Shown: one piece after another, positions 1 to 11,760 of the stretch | Layout of the letters: each line of letters starts with the position of its first letter | Position numbering within the stretch: the stretch's first letter is position 1 | Source: Torpedo marmorata | Taxonomy: Eukaryota | Assembly: GCA_977017645.1 (NCBI GenBank) | Contig: OZ360226.1 | Location: 71,052,001 to 71,116,000 of the forward strand | Length of the DNA: 64,000 bases | Direction of reading: 5' to 3' | Made by a program: the position numbers and the translations under genes | The notes under the pieces: generated by a model | Told to the model about the DNA's origin: nothing | Databases searched by the model: none | What the model saw: the letters and a program-made list of their open reading frames with translations, nothing else

Positions 1-381
1 TGTGATGGTCTCCATGGAAATATAGCTGTTGAACTTCTTGAATACATGCTGTGGAGATTCTAGGGGATAATATTACTGTAGAGCTATGTATCAGCAATTA
101 ATGATCTTTTGGTCAAAACTAGATTATTTGATGAGAGAAAACTAAAATAATTTCAAGTAATTTTTCATTGAGTAAATCATTTCATTTATTTATCAACATT
201 GACAATTTGTATGTTTGTCTTGGGCTATTCTTCAAGGGATAATGGGGTGATGATTGATTCACCAGTGTAGTCAGTGGCAACATTAAGGGCAATTTTAGTT
301 CTATTTCTGTCGTGTTATATCTGGTTCTGAAACTATGGGTAGACTCTTATCCTGTACAATTTTTACATGTGAAAGCAATTA

Positions 382-1387
382 CCATATTTGACGGCATATA
401 GGACCCCCCCCCCCCCATTTTTAGCGTGAGATTTCAGGAAAAATTTGTTTGTGTATTTACCTTCACAGCAGCAACACGTCCTCCTGCACGCCGAGGCTCA
501 GGCTGCTTCCCCCCCACCGTCCAAACACGAATTGATTGACAGGTGTACCGGGACCCGCGGGCGCGCGAAGGAGAGAAGCCAGGACAACAGGCAGGGCCCA
601 GGCCCACCGACGCGGGGAGCAGACAATCGATCGCTTGCTTTGAGGGGAGCGCTGGGCCTCGGTGATCAGGCTCCACGCTGAGCCTTTGTTCGACGCGCAC
701 GGCCCCCGAACAGATTGAATGAGGCGCGCGGGTGGCCTGTTGAGCTGAGCTTGACAGGCTGCTCGCTCACTGCCACCCGCCCCGCGCCTCATTCAATTTG
801 CTCGATGGTTCGTGTTCGTCGAACAAAGGCTGATCATCGAGGCCCAGCGCTTCCCTCAAAGCACTGTTGGTGAGAGCGAGCGGGCGGGGTGAGAGTGAGT
901 GGGGGGTGCGGGGAGAGAGCGGGCGAGTGCGAGCAGGGAGAGAGTGAGTGGGCGGGCGGGGAGAGAGCGGGTGAGAGTGAGTGGGCGGACGGGGAGAGAG
1001 CGAGTGAGTGGGTGGGCGGGGAGAGCGAATGGGCGGGGAGAGCGCGGGTGAGAGTGAGTGAGAGTGAGTGGGCGGGCGGGGAGAGAGCGGGCGAGTGCGA
1101 ACTGGCGGGGAGGGAGCGGGCGTGAGCGAGCGGATGGGGAGGGTGAACGGGAGGGAGAGAGCGAGCCTTCTTACCGGTGGAAGTGAGTGGCGGCGAGTCC
1201 GGAAAGCACGGGCCACCCAAGGGAAAATGGTCCACGAAGCTGCGGTCCCGCTTCCTGGACTCCACTCGGTGCCCAAAATGGCGGCACCAAAATGTCACCT
1301 TCGCGTATAAGACCCGGGGTGGTTTTTGAGGTGATTTTTTTTGGTTTAAAAAAAAAAGGGGGGGGTCTTATATGCCGTCAAATACGG
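382..1387. mobile_element. Non-autonomous Tc1/mariner-pogo-type DNA transposon (MITE)
   Basis: Left end CCATATTTGACGGCATATAGGACCCCCC matches the reverse complement of the right end GGGGGGTCTTATATGCCGTCAAATACGG with 2 mismatches. TA on both flanks (380-381, 1388-1389). No transposase ORF. Confidence 0.85.
870..1162 (+). repeat. Purine-rich minisatellite inside the MITE
   Basis: Tandem degenerate units of GAGTGAGTGGGCGGGCGGGGAGAGAGCGGG. These explain the low-complexity ORFs at 767-1298. Confidence 0.85.
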
Positions 1388-1552
1388 TAACTGACTGAAA
1401 GATAATAGGAGCTCCTGATGTCATGCCTAATGCATTTATAAAGTAAACCTTAGGATCTGGTCAGCTTAACTGAGTCAAAGGCCTAAAACATGGTGCATTT
1501 CAGGCTACCGTAAATGCCGTTGTACAAGACGACCTGGAATTTCCAGCTAAAA

Positions 1553-2671
1553 GTAAAACACGAAAGTCTGCAGACACCGTGGTTGAAGTAAAAACACAAT
1601 ACTGGGGAAACTCAGCAAGTCAAACAGTGTCCTTTATATAGCAAAGATAAAAATACATAACCAACATTTCAGGCTTGAGCCCTTCATCAAGGTATGGAAA
1701 AATGTCCACAGGCATCCGAATAAAAAGCTTAGGGGAGAGGAGCATGGTCGCAAAGGCAGGAGCTAATAGGTGGAGAAGGGAGGGAGGGCACAGCAGCAAG
1801 CAAGAGGAGGAGGGATGGCTAGGTGAATAGAGAGGGAAGTGGGTGGAGAGGTGAGGGAAAGAAGGGAGGGGGAAAGGACAGAAACTGTAAAAGTTTGTTA
1901 ATGCCATCTGGCTGGAAAGTGCCCAGACGGAAAATCAGGTGTTGTTCCTCCAGTTTACGGGTGGTCTTGGTGATATAGTACGAGGCCATGGATAGACATG
2001 TGAGTATGGGAGTGGGATGCAGAACTGAAATGGTTGGCCACTGGGAGGTCCCTGTCACTAGTGCAGACCGAGCGAAGGTGCTCAGTGAAGCGATCTCCAA
2101 GTCTGCGCCCAGTCTCTCCGATGTAGAGAAGACCACAAAGAGAGCACCAGATGCAGTAAATCAATCCTGCAGATACACAAGTGTTGCTTCTCTTGAAAGG
2201 CCTGTTTGGGGCCCCGGACTGTGGTGAGGGAGGAGGTGTGGGCGCAAGTGTGGCACCTCCTGCGGCATCAGGGGATGGTGCCGGGGTGGGGGGATTGGTA
2301 GAGAGTCACAGAGGGAGCGGTCCCTATGGAAGGCGGAGAGGGGAAGCTATGGTGGTGGGATCCTGTTGTAAGTGCTGAAAATTCCGGAGGATAATGTGTT
2401 GGATGCGGATGCTGGTGGGGTGGTAGGTAAGGACAAGGGGAATCCTGTGTTTGTTGTGTCTGGGGGCAGAGGGGGCCAGGGCAGATGAGCGGGAAATGGA
2501 GGAGATGCGGGTGAGGATTCTATTCCCTTCTCGCATTTTCTCCGTCTCCGCCACATCTGTTCCCAAGATGAGGTCTTCCAGTCCAGATCATCTGAAATGT
2601 CTGCCTTCTTCCACAAACGTGGCTTCCCCTCCACCACCATCAACTCAGCCCTCACCCGCATCTCCTCCATT
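1553..2671 (-). mobile_element. Penelope-like element, 3' part with GIY-YIG endonuclease and inverted 5' segment
   Basis: Frameshifted minus-strand peptides IYCIWCSLCGLLYIGETGRRLGDRFTEH, RKLEEQHLIFRLGTFQPDGIN and RIPLVLTYHP. The upstream part (IPFSHFLRLRHICSQDEVF) lies on the plus strand at ~2517-2671. Terminal repeat at 1553-1692. Confidence 0.85.
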
Positions 2672-3185
2672 GGGATATAGGTATTTAGCAAGATCAGCAT
2701 TTACATATTGGTAAACCGCCCTCAATCGCTGCAAAGCTACTCTATAATTTCTCCCTATGCACCTGTGGCATTACCTTATCAGAAGTGTTCCCTCTGCCCT
2801 AGCCAATCATCCACCTTGTCTGCAAATGACACCTAACCTGTTTTCTTGCTTTCCCAGACCACTTGAAGGGTCTTCGATTCAAATCTATCTGCTTTTCACA
2901 AATGTTAAATGTGTCCTGTATTTTATGTTTTTATTTCAGATTTGTAGCATCTCATTTTTATTTCAATTTCTTTATATTTCTCTTTGTCAGGGAATTCTAG
3001 TACAGTATTTAGACTTATAAACGGATGATGATTAATTTCCAAATGCAGATGTTGTGTGACACACAGTGATATCGGTCTCCTGCACTTACTGCCTTTGTAT
3101 GGTAGTTATCATGAATTTGGAAGATGCAGTCTGCTACTATCAGCACTTGATAAATGGCACATGCTTACTGGGTATCAGAGGAAGT

Positions 3186-3540
3186 AGCCCCTTTCACACT
3201 GCCAACCCGCTAAATAGGCATGTGAACGACCCGTGTTGAAATACCGGATGGGCCGTTCACACTGGACCATGAAATCCCAGGTCCGTGCATTAAATACCCG
3301 CTATCGTGGATCTAACGGGGTCCCAATCTCCAGCGATGACGTCCCGAGTGACGTTGGCCCGTTCACATTGGAGCCAAGTCGACACAGCTTGGCTCTGATA
3401 CAACCTCCTGGGTTGTATCAGTCCCGGGTTGATTTGTACCCCCCCCTACCGGGTTCGGAGCGTTCACACTGGCAGGTGAACCGCTAAATTCCAGGTAAAT
3501 TGCCAGGTTCAACCCACGTTCAACTGGCAGTGTGAAAGTG
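3186..3540. mobile_element. Probable PIF/Harbinger-type MITE
   Basis: TIR CTTTCACACTGCCA (3191-3204) / TGGCAGTGTGAAAG (3525-3538), with internal GTTCACAC(T)GG subterminal repeats. The outermost right-end bases are degraded. Confidence 0.55.
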
Positions 3541-4284
3541 AATGTTGAGGGTAATAAATGAGCTGTAAATCAAATGGGCAGCTTTGTGCAAGATGATCTG
3601 TTTGAGTTGCATAATCTGACATTCACTAAGGTGATATTGATCAAAACAGCCTTTTTAAAATATTTTTATTGAGTTGAACATACCAGTATATCACATACAT
3701 GATCCGTAATAGACAGATAGTACATCTTTCCATATGCTTATAGTATAACTTATTCGTACTACATGGAACCATTTTCATATAGATCACAGTTAAATTATAT
3801 TTAATTTTTTTTAAAATAAACCGTAATAGACATAGCTGAACCCCTTTCCCAATTACTCAAAATAAGAAAAGAAACAAACAAAAAAGAATAAAAAGAAAAA
3901 ATCCAACAAAACTAAACTAATTCTAATCTAACCCCTTCCTCTAATCAAGATGGCCATTTAAAAGAAAAAAAAAAAGAGTACAAATATGGATCAAACAGCA
4001 AAAAACATAGCCTTAAATTCACTTTTCTGCATGTTCTCCAAACCCTTGTCTCCCCTATAATTCAATAATGCTTCTATCTCAGCCTTGAATACACTTATTC
4101 CTTGATTTATAAAAGGGTTGTGTTCAGAAATTGAAAATTTGTTTCCTCTTAGCTTCAGTGTAAAAATTATTTTAGCTTTGAACCAAAGCTTCAATAAATG
4201 TATTTGGAAAAATAAAATATTATTTTATTAACGTTTACGTAATTCTTTAATAAAGGAAACAAACACATACATTCAGAGTGCTTC

Positions 4285-5090
4285 CTAAGTGTAACATGCA
4301 AGATCCTGAGGGTCTTTTTTTTAAAAATATTTTATTTAAAATTTTTAAATCACACAGTACACAGTTTAAAATGCAAATTTCTCAAATTACATGTGATACA
4401 TTTTCACCCCCTCCCTCCCTCCCTCCCTAACCCTCCCGAAAAGAAAGAAAGAAGAAGAAAAAGATAGAGTAAGGAGAATGTCAATCTAAAAAGAACAACT
4501 ATAAACTGATTTTATTGTGGAGGATAGGTTCGCCAGTCAGATCCGATGTCCAGAGATCTTCAAATCCTTAAACCAACAGTTTTTATATATGGGCTCCATA
4601 CTTTCAAAAAGAAATTATACTTATCACGTAAATTATATGTAATTTTTTCGAGTGGTATACATGAACGCAATTCTGCATGCCATCTTTCCAACCCTAAATC
4701 TACATCCGACTTCCATGTAATGGCAATACATTTCTTAGAAACGGCTAAAACAATACGCAAAAATTCTGTCTGATACATATTTAATTTCACTTTAACACTG
4801 GTTCCTTCAATATCTCCAAACAAAAATATCATCGGATCCATTGGGAGTGTAACTCCCAATACCCTATCCAAAAACTTTTTAACCTTCAACCAAAAATCAT
4901 AGGGTCTTGATGTGATGGATGTGAAAAGGATGTTTCCCTTTGTGGGAGAATCTGGAACTAGGTGTCGCAGTCTCTAAATAAAGATAGACCCATTTAAGAC
5001 AGATGAAATTATTATTTTTTTTAACCAGAGTTTCGTGATTCTTTGGAACCCTCTTCCTCAAAGCCTGGTGGAAGCAATTACTACTTTGAG
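4285..5090 (+). mobile_element. Degenerate CR1 3' fragment interrupted by an L1 fragment
   Basis: AAGATCCTGAGGGTCTT...GATGTGAAAAGGATGTTTCCCTTTGTGGGAGAATCTGGAACTAGG resembles the CR1 ORF2 C-terminus (KILRGLD...MFPLVGESRTRG). Confidence 0.6.
4317..4900 (-). mobile_element. 5'-truncated L1 3' end, same family as the full-length L1 at 27615-33511
   Basis: ORF 4560-4889 is nearly identical to the ORF2 C-terminus of 27852-31640, with the same 3' UTR and an A tail. TSD AGGGTCTT at 4309-4316 and 4901-4908. Confidence 0.9.
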
Positions 5091-5532
5091 ACAGAATCTT
5101 GATCAGTTCAAGTTTATTATTATCTGACTACATATACAATCAGACGAAATAGCGTCTCTCCGGACAATGCACAGCGCATAATAAACACGTGTAAATATAT
5201 ATATATATATATATATAGAGTTTAGGTAAGGTTGATCTTCACTATAAAATAGTGCTCAACACGAAACAAGCTTGTCGGGCACATGTGAGTAGTGTGCTTT
5301 TCTGTTTACTTATTTATATATATATATATATATATATAATTTAAAATAAGTGGTAATTTAAAGATCATTTAAAATATATTAATATTGTGATGATTTGCTC
5401 GATTATAGCCTTGATGGTAGTGGGTCAAACATACTGTGTGCAAGATGGAAAGGGTCCTCTAATTCTTTGAACCCTATTTAAGAAACGATCCCAGTAAATA
5501 TCATCAGTAGAGGAAAGAGAGACCCCAGTGAT

Positions 5533-6330
5533 CTTCAGATTTATTGTCAGAGTACATGCATGACATCACATACAACCCTGAGATTCTTTTTCCTGTGGGC
5601 GTGGCAAAATTACCACTTATTGGTAGTGCAAAAAAAACTCAACGTAAACAAATAAATGTAAACAAACTGCAATGCTGAGAGAAAAAAAAAATCAATAAAG
5701 TGCAAAAGTAAGAGTCCTTAAATGAGTCCCTAATTGAGTTTGTTGTTGAGGAGTCTGATGGTGGAGGGGTAGCAGCTGTTCCTGAACCTGGTGGTGCGAG
5801 TCTTGTGGCACCTATACCTCATTCCTGAAGGTAGCAGTGAGAACAGAGTGTGTGATGGGTGATGTGGATCCTTGATTGTTGCTGATCTCTGATAGCAGCG
5901 TTCCCTGTACATGTTCTCAATGTTGGGGAGGGTTTGCCTGTGATGTCCTGGGATGTGTCCACTATGTTATGCAGGGCTTCACGCTCGGGGATATTGGTGT
6001 TCCCACACCAGACCATGATGTAGCCAGTCAGCACACTTTCCAGCACACATCTGTAGAAATTTGCCCGGGTTTCCAATGTCATACCAAACCTCCGCAAACT
6101 CCTGAGGAAGTAGAGGTGCTGACGTGCTTTCTTTGCGATGCCATTAGTCTGTTGGGTCCAGGAAAAATCCTCCGAGATAGTGACTCCCAAGCACTTAAAT
6201 TTGCTCACCCTCTCCACCTCTGATTCCCCCAATGATCACTGGATCATACATCTCATACACTTCTGGTTTTCCCTTCCTGAAGTCAACAATTAGCTCCTTG
6301 GGTTTGGTGACATTGGTGCACCAACAACAA
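5533..6330 (-). mobile_element. Rex1/Babar LINE 3' fragment
   Basis: Peptides VERVSKFKCLGVTISEDFSW...KKARQHLYFLRSLRRFGM and KDPHHPSHTLFSLLPSG. Tail TGACAATAAATCTGAA. Confidence 0.85.
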
Positions 6331-6794
6331 CCTCGCACTCATTCAGGCAAGTTTTCAATCTCCCTCCTGTATGCTGACTCATTTCCACCACCACCCCCCC
6401 CCCCCCCCTTCTTTTTTGTACAACCCATGATCTTGGTCGTTTTGATGATCCTCTTTATTGACCTGGTCTGATGATTTACAGCTACCAATCCACACAATAA
6501 TAATAGCCAAAGCAGAAAAGAACGCATCATGCGGCTAGTTGGTCTACCCTTGCTCCTCATTCATTTTTTTCATATACGTGAAAACAAAGTTGTCATGGGT
6601 CTTGATGGTGGTGAATCTGAACTTGGAGTTTATGATGTGGCCTCCACTACCACAAAAATGCAAGGGATCTTTCTGTGAACTAACAGCTGATGTCGACCAA
6701 ATGTTCACCTTTTACACTTCTATTATGTCCAGCATAATATTGTTTAGATTACACTTATTTTTCACATTATAACTGGTGATAATGAGATTAGGTG

Positions 6795-7063
6795 CTATAG
6801 CCTCAAGATTCATGGGAGTAGATTTAGGATGGAGACAAGGAACTGCTTTTCCCAGAGAGCAGCAAATCTGTAGAATTCTCTGCCCAAGGAAGCAGGAGAG
6901 GCAACTTCATTAAATATATTTAAGACAGATTTTTGCATTGATGGGGAATTGAAGATTAAGGGGGAAAAGCAGGTAGGTGGAGCTCAGTCCAGCCATGGTT
7001 TTATTGAGAAGTGGACAGGCTCAATGGGCCAGGTGACCTTCTGCTCCTATTTATATGGTCTTA
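6795..7063 (+). mobile_element. CR1 3' end fragment
   Basis: Similar to the reverse complement of the CR1 at 59262-59560 (SLKIHGSRFRME...NCFSQR..NL.NSLP). Confidence 0.7.
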
Positions 7064-7094
7064 TGAAAGTTTATTGTCATATACATAAGTACAC

Positions 7095-7345
7095 GGCGGC
7101 ACGGTTGGCGTAGCGGTTAGCGCAACGCCGTTACAGCGCCAGCGATCGGGACCGGGGTTCAAATCCCGCGCTGTCTGTAAGGAGTTGGGACGTTCTCCCC
7201 GTGCCTGCGTGGGTTTTCCCCGGGGGCTCCGATTTCCTCCCTCCATTCGAAACATACTGGGGGTTGTAGGTTAATTGGGTGTAAATGGACAGCACGGGCT
7301 TGTGGGCCAAAATGGTCTGTTACCGTGCTGTATAAATTAAAAATT
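7095..7345 (+). mobile_element. tRNA-derived SINE (HE1/V-SINE-like)
   Basis: Pol III A box TGGCGTAGCGG (7106-7116) and B box GGTTCAAATCC (7156-7166). V-domain-like core CTGTCTGTAAGGAGTT..ACGTTCTCCCCGTG..TGCGTGGGTTTTCCCCGGG..CTCCG. CR1-like 3' end. Related copies occur elsewhere in the window. Confidence 0.85.
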
Positions 7346-7631
7346 TACAATGTACAGCTGCAGCTACACAGGTACATAAGCAACTGCAATAGTATAAATT
7401 GCCAAAACAGAAAGAGATATAGATAAATATATAGTTGTAGTTAGTGCAAGAAAATGTGGCGTTTCAATAATGATGGATCTACTTCCTCCACCAGATACAG
7501 TAGCCCTGATATAAACATGTAAAGTTAATGCTGGAATGAGTTTGATCATCTGAGCTGAGTTTATTTAGTTTGAGTAATTGATGGTTCCGGTTACTGCATC
7601 AGTTAGCAGAGAACTATAAAGAGCAGAAGGA

Positions 7632-8172
7632 GTTAAACAGGAAAGTCTGCAGATGCTGCTGTTGTAGTGTAATACACTACATCTATAGAAAGTAAAAGAC
7701 GTTTCGGGCCTGAGCCCTTCATCAAGGTATGAGCAACCTATATTCACCCATGCCCTCTTACCCGTTATCCTGTGCTCCTCCCCCTGTCCCTTCCTCCCCT
7801 CCCCCTCTTCCTCTCACATTTTTATTCAGGTGTCTGCCTGCTTTTTGCTCATATCTTGACAAAGGGCTCAGGCCCGAAACGTTGGTCACACTTCCTATAG
7901 ATACTGTGTGACCTGCTGAGTTTCTCCAGCATATTTGTGTATTACAACCACAAACTCTTTTACTATTGTAGGCCACAAGGGGACAGCAGTGAACACATAC
8001 AGTCTGAAGGTTGCTGACTCTTGTTGAATTATCTTGATGAAGGGCTCAAGCCCGAAACGTTGGTTATGTATCTTTATCTTTGCTATATAAAGTACACTGT
8101 TTGACCTGCTGAGTTTCTCCAGCATTGTGTTTTTTTTACTTCAACCACGGTGTTGGCAGACTGGTGTTTTAC
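7632..8172. mobile_element. Cluster of Penelope terminal-repeat fragments (one inverted pair plus a third copy)
   Basis: Copies of the 1553-1692 repeat on the minus strand (7632-7727) and plus strand (7855-7960, 8033-8172). Each has CTTGA(T/C)(G/A)AAGGGCTCA(A/G)GCCCGAAACG. Confidence 0.8.
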
Positions 8173-8173
8173 T

Positions 8174-9041
8174 TGTTACATTTTCAAACCAGCAACGACA
8201 GAAGACGCAATGCAAAAGGGGTAAAATTGAAATTTATATTTATTAAAGACAATTAAACATATAATTTCACAACAATTAACCCCACTATAAACTTTTATAA
8301 ACACTATTCTTATCTAAAAGGTGTGTGTGTGTAACGCCCAGACCATTACAGTCTGCCCAACCCTCATGTAAAAATGGAAAAAACTTTCCCCAAAAACCCC
8401 AGGTCAGTTATAAAAACAAGTCAGTCAAAAAAAATAATACAGTCCACAAAAATTCACTCTCTATGTTCAGGATCCAAATTCAGCTCTGTGTGCTGGCAAG
8501 AAGGACTTCTTAATGAACGTTGGAGAGAGACAATGGCTGTTTAAGCTTACGAATACTTGGCTTGCTTTTCTTCTCTGATGACTTTCCTTTTTGGTAGAGA
8601 TTCACGAGGATTGCGACTCCAAATCAGTATACCACTGATTGAGGCGTGTACTTGGATCTCACAGCTGATCTCATGCCTGTTCTCCACAAAAGTTGCTTTA
8701 ACTCAGGATTTTGCTGAGACAGGAGGCCATGTGCTATTCTCCCAGCTACTTTCCCTGGGATGCACAAGCCTGGATTTTGTTGTGTTCTCCAGCCTTTGCA
8801 ACTCCAAACTGCCACTGAATCTGAATGCTTTTTGCAGAGGTTTGCACCTGCTTTTGCAAAAGTGCAACAAAGTATCTTTTCCATAGCCTGTCTCTCTCTG
8901 GTCTCTCTCTCTCTCTCTCTGGGTACACCAAGTCCTGGGCAAGTTAACTCTTTCAGTACCTGGTCCCAGTGTGTACTCCAAAAGACTTCATCCTTCCTGC
9001 TGACCGTCCGCAGTGCAAATGGTCAGTCATGGTCCATAACA
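8174..9041 (-). repeat. 3' LTR of the Gypsy element
   Basis: Direct repeat of 12998-13873. Preceded on the minus strand by a PPT-like tract GTGGGTGGGAGG (9042-9053). Confidence 0.95.
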
Positions 9042-9173
9042 CCTCCCACCCACAAAGAAAATTTTGGTCTGCAAGAACAAAATTTTGGAAATTAATTGAG
9101 GTGTCACAATATAAACAAAATCTACAATGTTCATCCACAAATACAAAATATGAACGATTTTCATTGATAAAGT

Positions 9174-11675
9174 TTAACATCTAGAAAGACAATCAGCAAT
9201 TACATTATCTTTCCCTTTTATATGTGTTATTACCAAATCATATTCTTGCAAAATTAGACTCCAATTCAACAACCGTCGATTCTTATTTTTCATTTTACAA
9301 AGAAAAACCAATGGATTATGGTCAGTATACACTATGAGTGGTTTTTGAGCTGTACAGATATACACATCAAAGTGTTGTAGAGCCAACACAAGAGCCAATA
9401 ACTCTTTTTCTATGGTTGAATAATTCCTTTGATGATCATTGAACTTCTTCGAGAAGTAGGATACCGGATGGTCAATGTCCTCTTCATTCTTCCTCTGTAA
9501 CAGCACCGCGCCCACAGCTTCATCGCTGGCATCCACGGCTAAAGAAAACGGCTGTTCTAAATTAGGTGACTTAAGCACAGGTTGGTGGCATAACATGGCT
9601 TTCAATTTGACAAATGCTTCCTGACAACCTGTCGACCATACAAATTTTTCTCTCTAAGCAAATTTGTGAGAGGGAGCGCAAGTTTTTACAGAACTTGCGG
9701 TAGTAGCCAATCATTCCCAGGAACCTCCTCAGAGTTTTTCCAGTTGGAACAGGGAACTCGGAAATAGTCACAGCCTTTGCCTCTACTGGCGCCAACTTCC
9801 CCTGTCCTACTACATAACCCAGAGAATTAATAGTCCCGTGACCCTCTCTGAAACTGGTTTTATCTGTCTCCTCCTTACCCCTGTCAATAACCAGCACCTC
9901 TGATAAATGTTCAGTCTCTTTATGTGGCACCTGTTCAAAATATGGCTTAATCATATTCACATGACAGATGTGTGTGTCTCGTCTGCGATTAGGTGTTTCT
10001 ATGACAAGGTGACCTCATTAATTTTTGACTTAACTCTATAGGGTCCTGAAAATCTAGCCCTAAGAGAATTTGAATGGATGGGAAACAGAACTAATACGTT
10101 CTCACCAGGTTTAAAAGTTCTCATCTTAGCCTTTCAATCATACCAAACCTTCAATCTCTGTTGAGTGGCCTTCAAATTCTCCTTTGCCATCTCACAAGCC
10201 CTATGCAACCGATCCTTAAATTTTGAAACATAATCTAACAGATTTAAATGCACATCACTATTAATCCACTGTTCTTTTAATAATCTTAAAGGACCTCTCA
10301 CCTCATGTCTGAAAACTAACTCGAATGGACTAAAACCAAGTGAATCTTGGACAGACTCCCTCGCTGCAAATAACAACAAATGAACCCCCTCATCCCAATC
10401 CTTTTCCTTTTCACAACAATAGGTTCTAATCATGTTTTTTAAAGTCGAATGGAACCTCTCCAAGGCCCCTTGACTTTCTGGATGGTACGCAGAGGTTACA
10501 ATCTGTTTAACTCCCAGTCCATCAACCACTTGTTGGAAAACGCCTGTCATGTAATTACTGCCCTGATCTGATTGAATTTCCCTTGGCAAACCTACCAAGG
10601 TGAAAAACTTTATTATAGCCTTTACAATTGACTTTGCTTTAATGTTTCTCAGAGGAATGGCCTCTGGAAATCTGGTGGCTGCACACATAATTGTTAACAA
10701 ATACTCATTCCCCGCTTTGGTTTTGGGCAATGGGCCAACACAGTCCACAATCACTCTCGAGAAAGGCTCACTGAAAGCAGGGATAGGTTGCAAGGGTGCC
10801 ACCGGGGGACCCTGATTAGGTTTACCCACCACCTGACAAGTGTGACAGGCCCGGTAAAAGCTTACAACCTCCCTTCTCAAACTGGGCCAATAAAATTGTT
10901 TCATTATCTTCCTTAGTTTTCTTCACCCCAAGGTGACCACCTAAGGGTGTACTTTGAGCCAAAGTTGTTATTGCATCCCTATATACTTTAGGGATCACAA
11001 CCTGCTGCACTACTGCCCATTCTTCATTGGCAGGGACATCACATGTTCTCCACTTTCTCATCAACACCCCATCTTTTTCATAATAACCCACTGGCACCTT
11101 TTGCCTTGCTATTAGCTCCTGTCGGGATAGTGACAAATCTGTGCCTTTAGGTGTCTTATCAGTGGATGGGTGTAACATAGGAGATTGCTCAACCTTTTCC
11201 AGGTTTTCTTGATTATCACTGACTTTTTCTTTCACCAAGTTATTTTCCACTGCCTTTTCTACAGTGATATTTTTCTTAGACATGGCCCTGGTTATGGCAC
11301 ATGCCGGATAAATATCAGAGTCTTTCTCTGACTTATCAATGACTGGCTTCGTGGTCATTCGCACTGCAGGAACTACTTTACCCTTGGCCAAGTCATTGCC
11401 TAGCAACAGTGAGACTCCTTCTACTGGCAACTCTGATCTCACTCCTATTATAACGGGTCCTTCCACCAAGTCTGATCCAACCCTATTTTGTGCAAAGGAA
11501 TGGACTCAACATCACCCCCAATTCCTTTAATTAAATTTATATCACCAGTGTCAGTAGCTTCACAAAATTCAAAGACACTATCTAACCCAAGTGACTGAGC
11601 AGCTCCAGTATCTCGCAAGATTTTCACTGGAACTTGTTTTGATCCTGCCTTAACTGAAACAAAACCATCAGTCAC
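9174..11675 (-). pseudogene. pol: Gypsy pol remnants: protease, integrase, RT C-terminal remnant, RNase H
   Basis: LRDTGA protease (11448-11675). GHLGVKKT...CHTC zinc finger and rve core (IVDCVG, SDQG, LERFH; 10134-10904). LGYVVGQG/FLGMIGYYRKF RT end. VDAS...EKE...YTDH...ADCLSR RNase H. Multiple frameshifts. Confidence 0.9.
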
Positions 11676-11760
11676 AAAAGGTTTAAATACATCTCTAACT
11701 TTGTCAGTAAATTTATCTCCTTCCTGGGTGTTATGCCTCTTCTCACTTTGAATACAAGCA

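Noticed and set aside
434-1390. Overlapping Pro/Ser/Arg-rich ORFs
   Set aside because: Products of the GC-rich MITE and its minisatellite; open on both strands with no domain.
7095-7170. tRNA gene
   Set aside because: A and B boxes are present, but the sequence continues into a SINE body found several times in the window.
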